Positions 9,911 through 17,929 of a stretch of 64,000 nucleotides of DNA are shown here, piece after piece. Numbering within the stretch: position 1 is the stretch's first letter; each line of letters opens with the position of its first letter. The notes under the pieces are model-generated. The model made no database searches. It was not told where the DNA came from and saw only the letters and a program-made list of their open reading frames with translations. A program made the translations under genes and the position numbers. Where the stretch lies: assembly GCA_965228895.1 (NCBI GenBank), contig OZ245842.1:2912001-2976000 (forward strand), written 5' to 3'. The stretch comes from Alphaproteobacteria bacterium. Lineage in GTDB: Bacteria > Pseudomonadota > Alphaproteobacteria > SP197.

Positions 9911-10567
9911 ATGAGTGCCAAGCACCAGGCGCCACGACTGGCGGGCGCGTATTCTGTCATCTACGCCGACCCGCCGTGGAACTTCGCGACATACTCAAGA
10001 AAAGGTCGGGGCAGGAGCGCCCACGCCCATTACGACTGCATGTCGCAAGCCGAACTCGAGGCACTGCCCGTTGCGGACTGGGCGGCGGATGACGCCGCTC
10101 TTTTGATGTGGATTACCGACCCGCACCTGCCCCGCGCCTTCGAGCTGATCGAGGCCTGGGGTTTCACCTACAAGACGGTCGGATTCTACTGGGCCAAGCT
10201 GAACCGCTCGGCATCGGCCGATCAGTTCAGCGAAGACGATTTCTTTACCGGTATGGGTTACTGGACACGGGCCAATGCCGAACAATGCCTGCTGGCGACA
10301 CGCGGCTCGCCAAAGCGACAAGGGCGTGACGTCCGGCGCCTGCTGGTCTCGCCGCGGCGCGAACACAGCCGCAAGCCGGACGAGGCCTATGGCCGCATCG
10401 AGCGGCTGATGGACGGGCCTTATCTCGAGATGTTTGCCCGCACGACCCGGCCCGGCTGGGACAGCTGGGGCAACCAGGCCGGCCTGTTCGACGCCGGCGA
10501 GGTCGCCACCCGCCGCTGGGCCTCCAACCTCAAGAAACACCCGCAGCCCGCGGCGTCGCTGCGCTAA
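9911..10567 (+). CDS. MT-A70 family (METTL3/Ime4-like) adenine methyltransferase
   Basis: IYADPPW catalytic motif, WGFTYKT, GMGYWTRAN.E.CL, REHSRKP, LEMFAR, GWDSWGNQ. Confidence 0.92.
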   Translation: MSAKHQAPRLAGAYSVIYADPPWNFATYSRKGRGRSAHAHYDCMSQAELEALPVADWAADDAALLMWITDPHLPRAFELIEAWGFTYKTVGFYWAKLNRSASADQFSEDDFFTGMGYWTRANAEQCLLATRGSPKRQGRDVRRLLVSPRREHSRKPDEAYGRIERLMDGPYLEMFARTTRPGWDSWGNQAGLFDAGEVATRRWASNLKKHPQPAASLR

Positions 10568-10573
10568 GCGCCG

Positions 10574-10873
10574 TCAGCCCGCCGACGTCACGACATCGTT
10601 GACGTTGACGAGGGCGGCCAGGCACCGGGCGATATAGAGGCCCGTTTCCGGCTCCAGGTCGTCGACCTGGACGTCGATCTGTAGTTCGGCGCGCGGGCCA
10701 TCGACGACGGCGCTGTGCCAGCGGGTCGGCACCAAATCGCGCTTGGCGAACTGCTCGAGCACGCGCGGCATGACGCACGGCTCGGGAGCGGCATAGACGG
10801 CAAAATGGAAACGTTGGGATTGGCGGGCGCTCAGGGCGGCGCCGGCGGCGAAATCAGATGAAACGGTCGACAT
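10574..10873 (-). CDS. Small stand-alone ACT-like domain protein (IlvM/AHAS small-subunit-like fold)
   Basis: F.VYAAPEPCVMPRVLEQFAKRDL...LQIDVQV...V..V pattern typical of an ACT fold; GGAG SD before ATG 10873. Confidence 0.65.
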   Translation of the reverse strand: MSTVSSDFAAGAALSARQSQRFHFAVYAAPEPCVMPRVLEQFAKRDLVPTRWHSAVVDGPRAELQIDVQVDDLEPETGLYIARCLAALVNVNDVVTSAG

Positions 10874-10915
10874 GACGATCGGTCTCCAAAAAGGCAAAAG
10901 GACGAATCACGGAAC

Positions 10916-10938
10916 CCGGACACCCCTGGGGCGCCCGG
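10916..10938 (-). promoter_or_regulatory. GC-rich leader hairpin upstream of the ACT-like gene (possible attenuator or terminator element)
   Basis: Minus-strand CCGGGCGCCC-CAG-GGGTGTCCGG pairs with two G-U; a pyrimidine/U-rich tract follows about 15 nt later. Confidence 0.45.
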
Positions 10939-11008
10939 CCGGTAATTCGCCTGATGGCCTTCAAGACCGACATCGCGTCGATATTCCTTGGTCCGTTCAA
11001 GACGCCAC

Positions 11009-11037
11009 TTTATACGCCGAAATCGAAATTCCATCAA
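11009..11037 (-). promoter_or_regulatory. Putative sigma70 promoter
   Basis: Minus strand TTGATG-N17-TATAAA, about 135 nt upstream of ATG 10873. Confidence 0.55.
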
Positions 11038-11059
11038 TTCACCCAAAAGGCTGAACGTG

Positions 11060-11635
11060 ATGGCCGACACCGGCTTTAACCAAATCGATACCGATCGCCT
11101 GGTGATCCGCCGGTTCCGCCCGGACGATGCCTCAGCCTTCAGCGCCTATCGGTCAATCCCCGAGGTCGCACGTTATCAAAGCTGGGAGGCCCCCTACTCG
11201 CTCGCCGAGGCGCAGGTCTTCATGGACGAGATGGCGGCATGCCATCCGGACACGGAAGGCGAATGGTTCCAGTTCGCGGTCGCGCTGTGTGATCAACCCG
11301 GTTTGATCGGCGACGTCGCCGTACTGGTACCCGATGGCGATCCCGGTTCCGTCGAGATCGGTTACTCGCTGGATCCGGCGTTCGGCGGACGCGGTTATGC
11401 CGGCGAGGCGGTCGCCGCCATCGTGACCTATTACTTTGACGCGCGCGGCAAGCGCGAGGTGATGGCGTGGACCGACACGCGCAACCTGCCCTCGATCGCC
11501 CTGGCCGAACGGCTTGGCTTTCGGCGCGACCCCGCCTCGCGCCAACACACCATGTTCAAGGGCGCGTGGTGCGACGAGGACCGCTACGTCATGACATCAG
11601 AGGATTGGGCGGCGCGTTCGAACGACTGCATATAG
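11060..11635 (+). CDS. GNAT N-acetyltransferase (RimJ/RimL family)
   Basis: TDRLVIRRF, EIGYSL, GRGYAGEA, N.PSIALAERLGF. Confidence 0.88.
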   Translation: MADTGFNQIDTDRLVIRRFRPDDASAFSAYRSIPEVARYQSWEAPYSLAEAQVFMDEMAACHPDTEGEWFQFAVALCDQPGLIGDVAVLVPDGDPGSVEIGYSLDPAFGGRGYAGEAVAAIVTYYFDARGKREVMAWTDTRNLPSIALAERLGFRRDPASRQHTMFKGAWCDEDRYVMTSEDWAARSNDCI

Positions 11636-11727
11636 ACAATTGAAGAGGTCGTGCTCACGTGTGCGACGTATCGAATGCCCGATGGAGAAAGTGGATGCAG
11701 CACGGCAAGGCAGACGATGGCCCGATC

Positions 11728-12027
11728 ATGCGGCTGTTCGAGGTGCGGACCAAAGAAGGTTGTGCCGACAGATTGATTCAAAAATTCGCCACAACATCTG
11801 CCGACGTGGTGCGCAACGAACCAGGAAACGAGGGCTATTTCTTCGGGCGAGGCGTTCCTGGTGACGGCAATGTCGTCGTGTTTGCCTCCATGTGGAAGGA
11901 CCTGGACGCGATCAAAGACCGCTTCGGAGAGGATTGGCAGAAGTCATACCTGCCGCCAGGCTACGAAGATCTGATCGAGGCGTGTTCCGTTCGCCACTTT
12001 GATTTGGCCTCGGGCTGGCACGTGTAG
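11728..12027 (+). CDS. Antibiotic-biosynthesis-monooxygenase (ABM/dimeric alpha-beta barrel)-like small protein
   Basis: EPGNEGYFFG...FASMWKDLDAIK pattern; start uncertain. Confidence 0.6.
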   Translation: MRLFEVRTKEGCADRLIQKFATTSADVVRNEPGNEGYFFGRGVPGDGNVVVFASMWKDLDAIKDRFGEDWQKSYLPPGYEDLIEACSVRHFDLASGWHV

Positions 12028-12038
12028 GTTCTCGGTCC

Positions 12039-12094
12039 AGCTCAGCAGAATGTCCTCATAGGGATAGGTCGACAGGCGCTGCTGGGCATTCTCG
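12039..12094 (-). repeat. Diverged copy of the 3' end of the DddP-like gene (gene-tail remnant)
   Basis: 49/56 nt identical to 14656-14711 by manual alignment; translates ENAQQRLSTYPYEDILLS versus ENGLQRLSTYPYEDILLS. Confidence 0.9.
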
Positions 12095-12123
12095 ACCTGA
12101 TCCGCCAACTGCTCGCCTTTAGT

Positions 12124-12147
12124 AAGCCCGCCATCGGCGGCGGGGTT
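12124..12147. terminator. Possible intrinsic terminator hairpin after the GcvT-family gene
   Basis: CCCGCC-ATCGGC-GGCGGG stem directly after the stop; weak U-tract. Confidence 0.4.
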
Positions 12148-14600
12148 CAGCAGCGTATGCGCGCGTTCTTGGGATCGTACATCGGTGTCAGAGAGGCACG
12201 CGCGTCGTAGACGCGGTCGGCCTGTTCGATGCGATAACTACCGGCATCGACAAAGTCCGCGGTGACACCGTCCTCACAGCGCAGATAGCCCATCGCGGCG
12301 CACCCGCCCAGTGTATGCGCATAGCCCGACGACAGCGTATAGCCGGCGCGCTCGCCGTTGCGCAGGATCGGCTCGTTGTGGGTCAGCATGGGTTCGGGGT
12401 CCTCGAGCAGGAACTGTACCAGACGTCGGCGCGGCACCCCGGCGTCGCGCTGTTCGAGCAGCGCCTCGCGGCCGATGAAACCGCCGGGCTTGTCCCAGGC
12501 GCAGGTAAAGGCAAGCCCGGCGTCGATCAGCGAATCCAGCGGCCCGATGTCGTGGGCCCATTCGCGATACGCCTTTTCGATGCGCAAGGTGTTGAGCGTG
12601 TGATAGCCGCAATGTTTAAGCCCATGCCCGGTACCCGCCTCGATCAGGCGGTCGTAGACCGGCAGCGCCATTTCGGTGGGCACATAGAGTTCCCAGCCGA
12701 GTTCGCCGGTATAGGAGATGCGGATCGCCATGGCGTTCTGGTAGCCGATTTCGACGGGCTGCATGGTGGCGAAGGGAAATGCTTCGTTCGAATAATCCGC
12801 GCTCGAAATCTCGGAAAGAAGGGCGCGCGCGTTGGGGCCCTGCACGTTGAGCATGGCATAGGCGCCGGTGACGTCGGTCAGCACGCAGAACGCGTCTTCG
12901 CCGATGTTCTCGTGGATCCAGGCCTTCACGTGTGTCGCGGTGAACGCCGCCGTCACCACCATGAACGTATCGTCGGCAAGGCGTGTGATGGTGAGGTCGG
13001 CCTCGACGCCGCCGCGCGCGTTGAGGAATTGGGTGTAGGCCACCTCGCCGGCGGGCATCGCCATGTCGGCGGTAGCAATCCGGTTCAGGACCTTTTCCGC
13101 GTCCCGACCCTGGACCAGAATCTTGGCGAACGACGACTGTTCGAACACACCAACCGCCTCGCGCACGGCGCGGTGCTCCTCCGCGTTGTTGTCGAACCAG
13201 TTCTGGCGGCCGAAGTCATACGCATAGGCCGGTTCCTGGCCCGGCCGTGCGAACCAGTTCGGCCGCTCCCAGCCGGCGCCGGCGCCGAAACAGGCGCCGG
13301 CCGCGGCCATGCGGTCGTGCAGGATGGAGCGTTTGACGTCGCGGCCGGTCTCCCACTGACGGTTCGGCCAGTGCATCTGGTAGGCGATGCCCAGCGATTC
13401 GACGATGCGATCGACAATAAAGGACTTGTTGTTCTCGGACGGCAGGATGCGGCGCACGTCGACATCCCAGATGTCATAGGGCTGCACACCGTCGTTGATC
13501 CAGTGCGACATCACGTAACCCGCGCCGCCGCCTGACAGGATGCCGAGCGAGTTGAAGCCGCAGGCGACGTAGAGATTGTCGATATAGGGCGCGCGGCCCA
13601 TCAGATAGTTGTGGTCCGGGGTGAACGATTCGGGGCCGCAGAAGAACTGACGGATACCGGTTTCGAACAGGATCGGCAGACGCTGCATGCCGCGCTCGAT
13701 ATGCGGCTCCATGCGCTCCCAATCGGGCTGGATCTCGTCGAAACAGAAACTCTCAGGAATGCCGTCGACACCCCAGGGCGCGGCTGTCGGCTCGAACAGC
13801 CCGAGCATGAGTTTCCCCGCCTCCTCGCGCGCATAGATGCCGCGGCCGGGATCGCGCAGGATCGGCAGCATGTTGTGCAGACGCTCGATCGGCTCGGAGA
13901 TCAGGTAGTAGTGCTCGGCCGCCTGCAGCGGAATGTCGATGCCGGCCATCAGGCCGACCTCGCGGCCCCACATGCCCGGACACAACACCACGACCTCGGC
14001 GCGCACGTCGCCCTTATCGGTATTGACGCCGACCGCGCGGCCGTTCTCCTTGATCAGGCCCGTGACCTTGGTGTCCTCGAAGATGCGCACGCCGCGCTGA
14101 CGCGCGCCCTTGGCCAGCGCCTGCGCAACGTCGGCGGGATTGACCCGACCGTCCTCCGGGAACCAGAAACCGCACACGAGGTCGTCGACTTGGGCGAGCG
14201 GAAACTTCTCCTTGATTTCCGCCGGCGAAATCTCGTGGTTCTCGACGTCAAACGTGCGCGCCATCGCACAGCCGCGGCGCATTTCCTCGGCCTTGTCCTC
14301 GGTCATGGCAAGCTGGATCGAGCCGCATTTGATGAAGCCCGTCGCCTGCTCGGTTTCGGCCTCAAGCTCGCTGTAGAGTTTGAGCGAGTACTGCGCCAGC
14401 CGCGTCTGTGCCTCGGTATCGCGCAGGGTGGTGACCAGGCCGGCGGCATGCCAGGTGGTGCCGCTGCTCACCTGCTTGCGCTCAAGCAGGACGACGTCCT
14501 CCCAACCGAGCTTCGCCAGGTGATAGGCCACCGAACACCCGATGACACCGCCGCCGACAACGACTGCGCGAGCGTTGGAGGGGATCGCGTCTGTGTTCAT
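12147..14600 (-). CDS. GcvT-family FAD-dependent N-demethylating dehydrogenase (sarcosine/dimethylglycine dehydrogenase or 4-methylaminobutanoate oxidase-like)
   Basis: VVGGGVIG FAD motif, GTTWHAAG, GPESFTPD, WERPNWF, SYTGELGWEL, LRIEKAY GcvT domain. Confidence 0.9.
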   Translation of the reverse strand: MNTDAIPSNARAVVVGGGVIGCSVAYHLAKLGWEDVVLLERKQVSSGTTWHAAGLVTTLRDTEAQTRLAQYSLKLYSELEAETEQATGFIKCGSIQLAMTEDKAEEMRRGCAMARTFDVENHEISPAEIKEKFPLAQVDDLVCGFWFPEDGRVNPADVAQALAKGARQRGVRIFEDTKVTGLIKENGRAVGVNTDKGDVRAEVVVLCPGMWGREVGLMAGIDIPLQAAEHYYLISEPIERLHNMLPILRDPGRGIYAREEAGKLMLGLFEPTAAPWGVDGIPESFCFDEIQPDWERMEPHIERGMQRLPILFETGIRQFFCGPESFTPDHNYLMGRAPYIDNLYVACGFNSLGILSGGGAGYVMSHWINDGVQPYDIWDVDVRRILPSENNKSFIVDRIVESLGIAYQMHWPNRQWETGRDVKRSILHDRMAAAGACFGAGAGWERPNWFARPGQEPAYAYDFGRQNWFDNNAEEHRAVREAVGVFEQSSFAKILVQGRDAEKVLNRIATADMAMPAGEVAYTQFLNARGGVEADLTITRLADDTFMVVTAAFTATHVKAWIHENIGEDAFCVLTDVTGAYAMLNVQGPNARALLSEISSADYSNEAFPFATMQPVEIGYQNAMAIRISYTGELGWELYVPTEMALPVYDRLIEAGTGHGLKHCGYHTLNTLRIEKAYREWAHDIGPLDSLIDAGLAFTCAWDKPGGFIGREALLEQRDAGVPRRRLVQFLLEDPEPMLTHNEPILRNGERAGYTLSSGYAHTLGGCAAMGYLRCEDGVTADFVDAGSYRIEQADRVYDARASLTPMYDPKNARIRC

Positions 14601-14653
14601 GAAAGCCTCTCTCTCCGCGCGCCGCCTTGGCGAAGCGTTAACAGGACCACGTC

Positions 14654-15907
14654 CTAGCTCAACAGGATGTCCTCGTAGGGATAGGTCGACAGACGCTGCA
14701 GGCCGTTCTCGGTCATCAACACCTGCTCCTCGAGCTTCACGCCTTCGACGCCGTCTTCGGCGCCGATATAGCTCTCGACGCAAATCGTCATGCCGGGATC
14801 GAACGAGAACGCCGAGCTCTCGGCCGCGTTGTCACTGAACGACACGTGCGGGTATTCATCGCACAGGCCGACGCCATGGGCCAAGACGCCGTAGCGGCGC
14901 GCGTTGAACTCGTTGGGGACCTTCCAGGACTTCTCGGCGATCTCCACGAAGCTCATGCCCGGCCTCATGATATCCATGTTGTAGTGCACCTGGTCATAGG
15001 CGTAGCGGTAGAGGCGCTTTTGCTCGTCGCTCGGCTTGCCGGGACCGCAGAACCAGGTACGGCTGATATCCGAGCAATAGCCGAACGGGCCGATCAGGTC
15101 GGTATCGAAGGCAACGAGTTCGCCGGCGCGGATGATGCGGTCGCTGCATTCGCGGAACCACGGATTGGTCCGACCGCCCGACGCCAGCAACCGAGTCTCG
15201 ATCCATTCGCCGCCGCGCGCGATGTTGACCTGATGCAGATGCGACCACAGCTCGTTTTCGGTGATGCCGGCATGCATTTCCTCATACATCTTGGCCATGC
15301 CGGCCTCGCAGACAGAGATCGCGATGGTCATGGCGGCGATCTCGTCGGGCGACTTGATGGCGCGGGCGAGCTCCATGACCTGCTGGCCGTTGTGGATCTC
15401 GTAGCCCAGCTTCTCGATTTCTCTCGCGCCCGCCGGGTCCAAATGGTCCGCGGCGATACGTTTGTTGCCCTCGCCCATGGTCTGGCGGATCGCGTCATCC
15501 ATGTCCTGGGCCCAAAGATGCGCCTTCTCCGCATAACGTTCGTCGGCGCCGAAATAGGTCCAGCCGATGCACGGGCGGATCTCGCCGATGGTCTCCAGGT
15601 GTTCGGAAAGATGCATGGAGGCCTTGTATTCGAACAGGACGGTCGGCCCCTCGGCCGGCACGAAGCAATAACGGGCCTGGTTGTGCAGGATCCAGACCTG
15701 CATGTTGCTGGAGCCGTTGGCGTAACGCACGTTGATGGGGTCATAGAGAATGACTCCGGCCAGATCGCGCTTCTTGAGCTGCTCCTGGACGCGCGCCAGG
15801 CGATAGGCGCGCATGCGCTTGATATCGATCTGCGGTTCGGCGTCATGCTGGGCGATGCCCGGGGTGTTGCGTCCCAGGCGGATCTCATCGAGGGGTACGT
15901 CGTTCAT
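14654..15907 (-). CDS. dddP: M24B metallopeptidase-fold enzyme, DMSP lyase DddP-like
   Basis: DPINVRYA..SSNMQVW, GEWIETRLL.SG.RTNPWF.EC, FDTDLIG, DISRTW, RY...HGVGLCDEYP, CVES, KLEEQ match the DddP motif series as I recall it. Confidence 0.72.
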   Translation of the reverse strand: MNDVPLDEIRLGRNTPGIAQHDAEPQIDIKRMRAYRLARVQEQLKKRDLAGVILYDPINVRYANGSSNMQVWILHNQARYCFVPAEGPTVLFEYKASMHLSEHLETIGEIRPCIGWTYFGADERYAEKAHLWAQDMDDAIRQTMGEGNKRIAADHLDPAGAREIEKLGYEIHNGQQVMELARAIKSPDEIAAMTIAISVCEAGMAKMYEEMHAGITENELWSHLHQVNIARGGEWIETRLLASGGRTNPWFRECSDRIIRAGELVAFDTDLIGPFGYCSDISRTWFCGPGKPSDEQKRLYRYAYDQVHYNMDIMRPGMSFVEIAEKSWKVPNEFNARRYGVLAHGVGLCDEYPHVSFSDNAAESSAFSFDPGMTICVESYIGAEDGVEGVKLEEQVLMTENGLQRLSTYPYEDILLS

Positions 15908-15998
15908 GATGGCTCCCGGCGGCGGCCAACGGTCATGTTGGCGGCGCCCATGGGAATAGCGGACCGGCCCGGGTGTCAATCGGGAACGGCAGGTGCGG

Positions 15999-16778
15999 TC
16001 AACTTTTTTGATCGCCGGCGGAACGAACAATGCCTTCGCGCATCAGATAATCGAAGATCGCCTCGGCAGCGTCATCGGCTTCCGGGTGATCGAGAAGTTC
16101 GGCCCGCCCCTGCACCATCTGCGTCGCGGCGCGCATACGCTCGGCTGCGTTGCCCTCGCCGACGATCTTGAGCCGGCGCGGTTTCGGTTTGGCCGGCTGC
16201 CAACGACCGTCGAGCGCATAGGGCGTGCTCTGACAGGGCGTCGCCTCGATGATACCGCGGCGCGCCTGACCGAATGCGACGGGCACCGGTTCGGGCGCGG
16301 CCGGCGACACGGTGACGATGGCATTGCGCGGCGCGCTGACCTTGCGCCGGCGCCCGCCCGGCAGTCCCTGTGCAACGTGAACGTCGCCGCCGTCGAGCGT
16401 CAGATCGGCCGCGCCCGGCACCAGCGGACGGCCCGATCGTTCGGCAAGCAGGTAAGACACCATGCCGCTCGCCTCGCCGCTTTCGGTGCGCTCGCCCGCC
16501 AGCACGAGGGCATCAGGGCGGGCCTCCAGATAGGCGAGCAAGGGTGGCACGATGTCGTCGTCGGCCGTAACCGTCAGCACATCCATTCGCGCCACGCCCA
16601 TGCCCAGGTAGTCGCGCAAGGCCGGCTCAGCATCACGACCGACATGAACGAGATCGATTGCAGCGCCGCCCACGGAACGCGCCAGCCCCACGGCACGGGC
16701 ATCGAGCGATGCGCGGCGTGGTCTGCCTGACACCGGATGACGGCCCAGCGAGACCAACACGATCACGTCGGCGGTCAT
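15999..16778 (-). CDS. etfB: Electron transfer flavoprotein beta subunit (Dgc-associated type)
   Basis: LVSLGRHPVSGRPRRA..DARAV, ALRDYLGMG, GEASGMV; operonic with ETF alpha. Confidence 0.85.
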   Translation of the reverse strand: MTADVIVLVSLGRHPVSGRPRRASLDARAVGLARSVGGAAIDLVHVGRDAEPALRDYLGMGVARMDVLTVTADDDIVPPLLAYLEARPDALVLAGERTESGEASGMVSYLLAERSGRPLVPGAADLTLDGGDVHVAQGLPGGRRRKVSAPRNAIVTVSPAAPEPVPVAFGQARRGIIEATPCQSTPYALDGRWQPAKPKPRRLKIVGEGNAAERMRAATQMVQGRAELLDHPEADDAAEAIFDYLMREGIVRSAGDQKS

Positions 16779-17929
16779 GGCTTCTCGCCCCGCGCCCGGG
16801 CCGTCAGCGCCGGCATAACAAGCTGGGCGTCTTGGATGATCGCGAGGTCGGCGCGCTTAACCATGTCGGCATGCAGGTCGGTGTTGATGGCAACGACGCG
16901 TTCACATCGTTCGATACCCTGCAGATGCTGCGGCGCGCCGGCGATGCCGAAGGCGAGATAGCAGCGTGGTTCGACCAGCGTGCCCGACGCGCCGACCTGA
17001 CGGTCGCGCGGCAACTGACCGGTGTCACAGACCACGCGGCTGCCGCCTTCGACCGCACCGAGTGCGGCCGCGACATCGTGAAACGCCGCCCAGTCGGTCA
17101 CGCCGTTACCGGCGGAAACGATGAAGTCAGCTTCGGCCAGCGCGACGGCGCTCGTGTCCAGCGGCATCGGCCCGCCGTCCTCGAGCCGTGGTGAGACCGC
17201 GACCTCCGGTGCATCAAGGCGGCGCGCTTCGTGCGCCGAGCCACGATGGGGTTCGTTCGACTCAGGCGTCATCAACATGACATCGACCAATTCGCGGACG
17301 ATATCGCGGCGCCCGCCATCGGCGCGGCAAACGATGCCATCCGTCTCGATGGCGTAGACACTTGCCGCGACCTTGAGACCGCGCGCGGCGGCCAGGCGCC
17401 GCGCAACGTCGCCCGCACCGACCGGCGTGTCGGGCGCCAGAACGTGACGCGGACGCAGTTGCTTGACCAACGTGACGGCGAGCGCCGCCATCCGTTCGGG
17501 CTGATAGGATGACGTTGTGTCACCGCAGGCGACGACACGGTCGGCGCCCGCCGCGCCCAGTTCATCGTGGCTCACCGGGACAAGCGCGATGACGCCGCCG
17601 CCGTCGCGGTCCGCGAGTCCACGTGCTGCGCCCAGCACGTCACGGTCGTGCGGCGACAGGCGGCCATCGGGCATATCGGCAAGGACCAGTATCCAGAAGG
17701 CCGAATCCTCGATGACCTCAATCGGCGTTGCGGTTTGGCCCGGCGTAACCTGCCCGTGGCTTGGCGCGGTGGCGGCAATCAGTCCGCGACGCACATCGCG
17801 TTCGGCGCGGGGATCGCGGCGCACCAACCGCCCTGGTTGGTCGATAACTGGCGACGCCGGCGCTTCCGGTTGTTCGCCACGGCGCGCGTTGCGCTCGGCG
17901 CGGGGATCGCGGCGTTTGCGCGTTGTCAT
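16775..17929 (-). CDS. etfA: Electron transfer flavoprotein alpha subunit (Dgc-associated type)
   Basis: LAEADFIVSAGNGV, GGSRVVCD, QVGASG, GIAGAPQHLQGI; N-terminal RRDPRAE extension. Confidence 0.9.
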   Translation of the reverse strand: MTTRKRRDPRAERNARRGEQPEAPASPVIDQPGRLVRRDPRAERDVRRGLIAATAPSHGQVTPGQTATPIEVIEDSAFWILVLADMPDGRLSPHDRDVLGAARGLADRDGGGVIALVPVSHDELGAAGADRVVACGDTTSSYQPERMAALAVTLVKQLRPRHVLAPDTPVGAGDVARRLAAARGLKVAASVYAIETDGIVCRADGGRRDIVRELVDVMLMTPESNEPHRGSAHEARRLDAPEVAVSPRLEDGGPMPLDTSAVALAEADFIVSAGNGVTDWAAFHDVAAALGAVEGGSRVVCDTGQLPRDRQVGASGTLVEPRCYLAFGIAGAPQHLQGIERCERVVAINTDLHADMVKRADLAIIQDAQLVMPALTARARGEKP

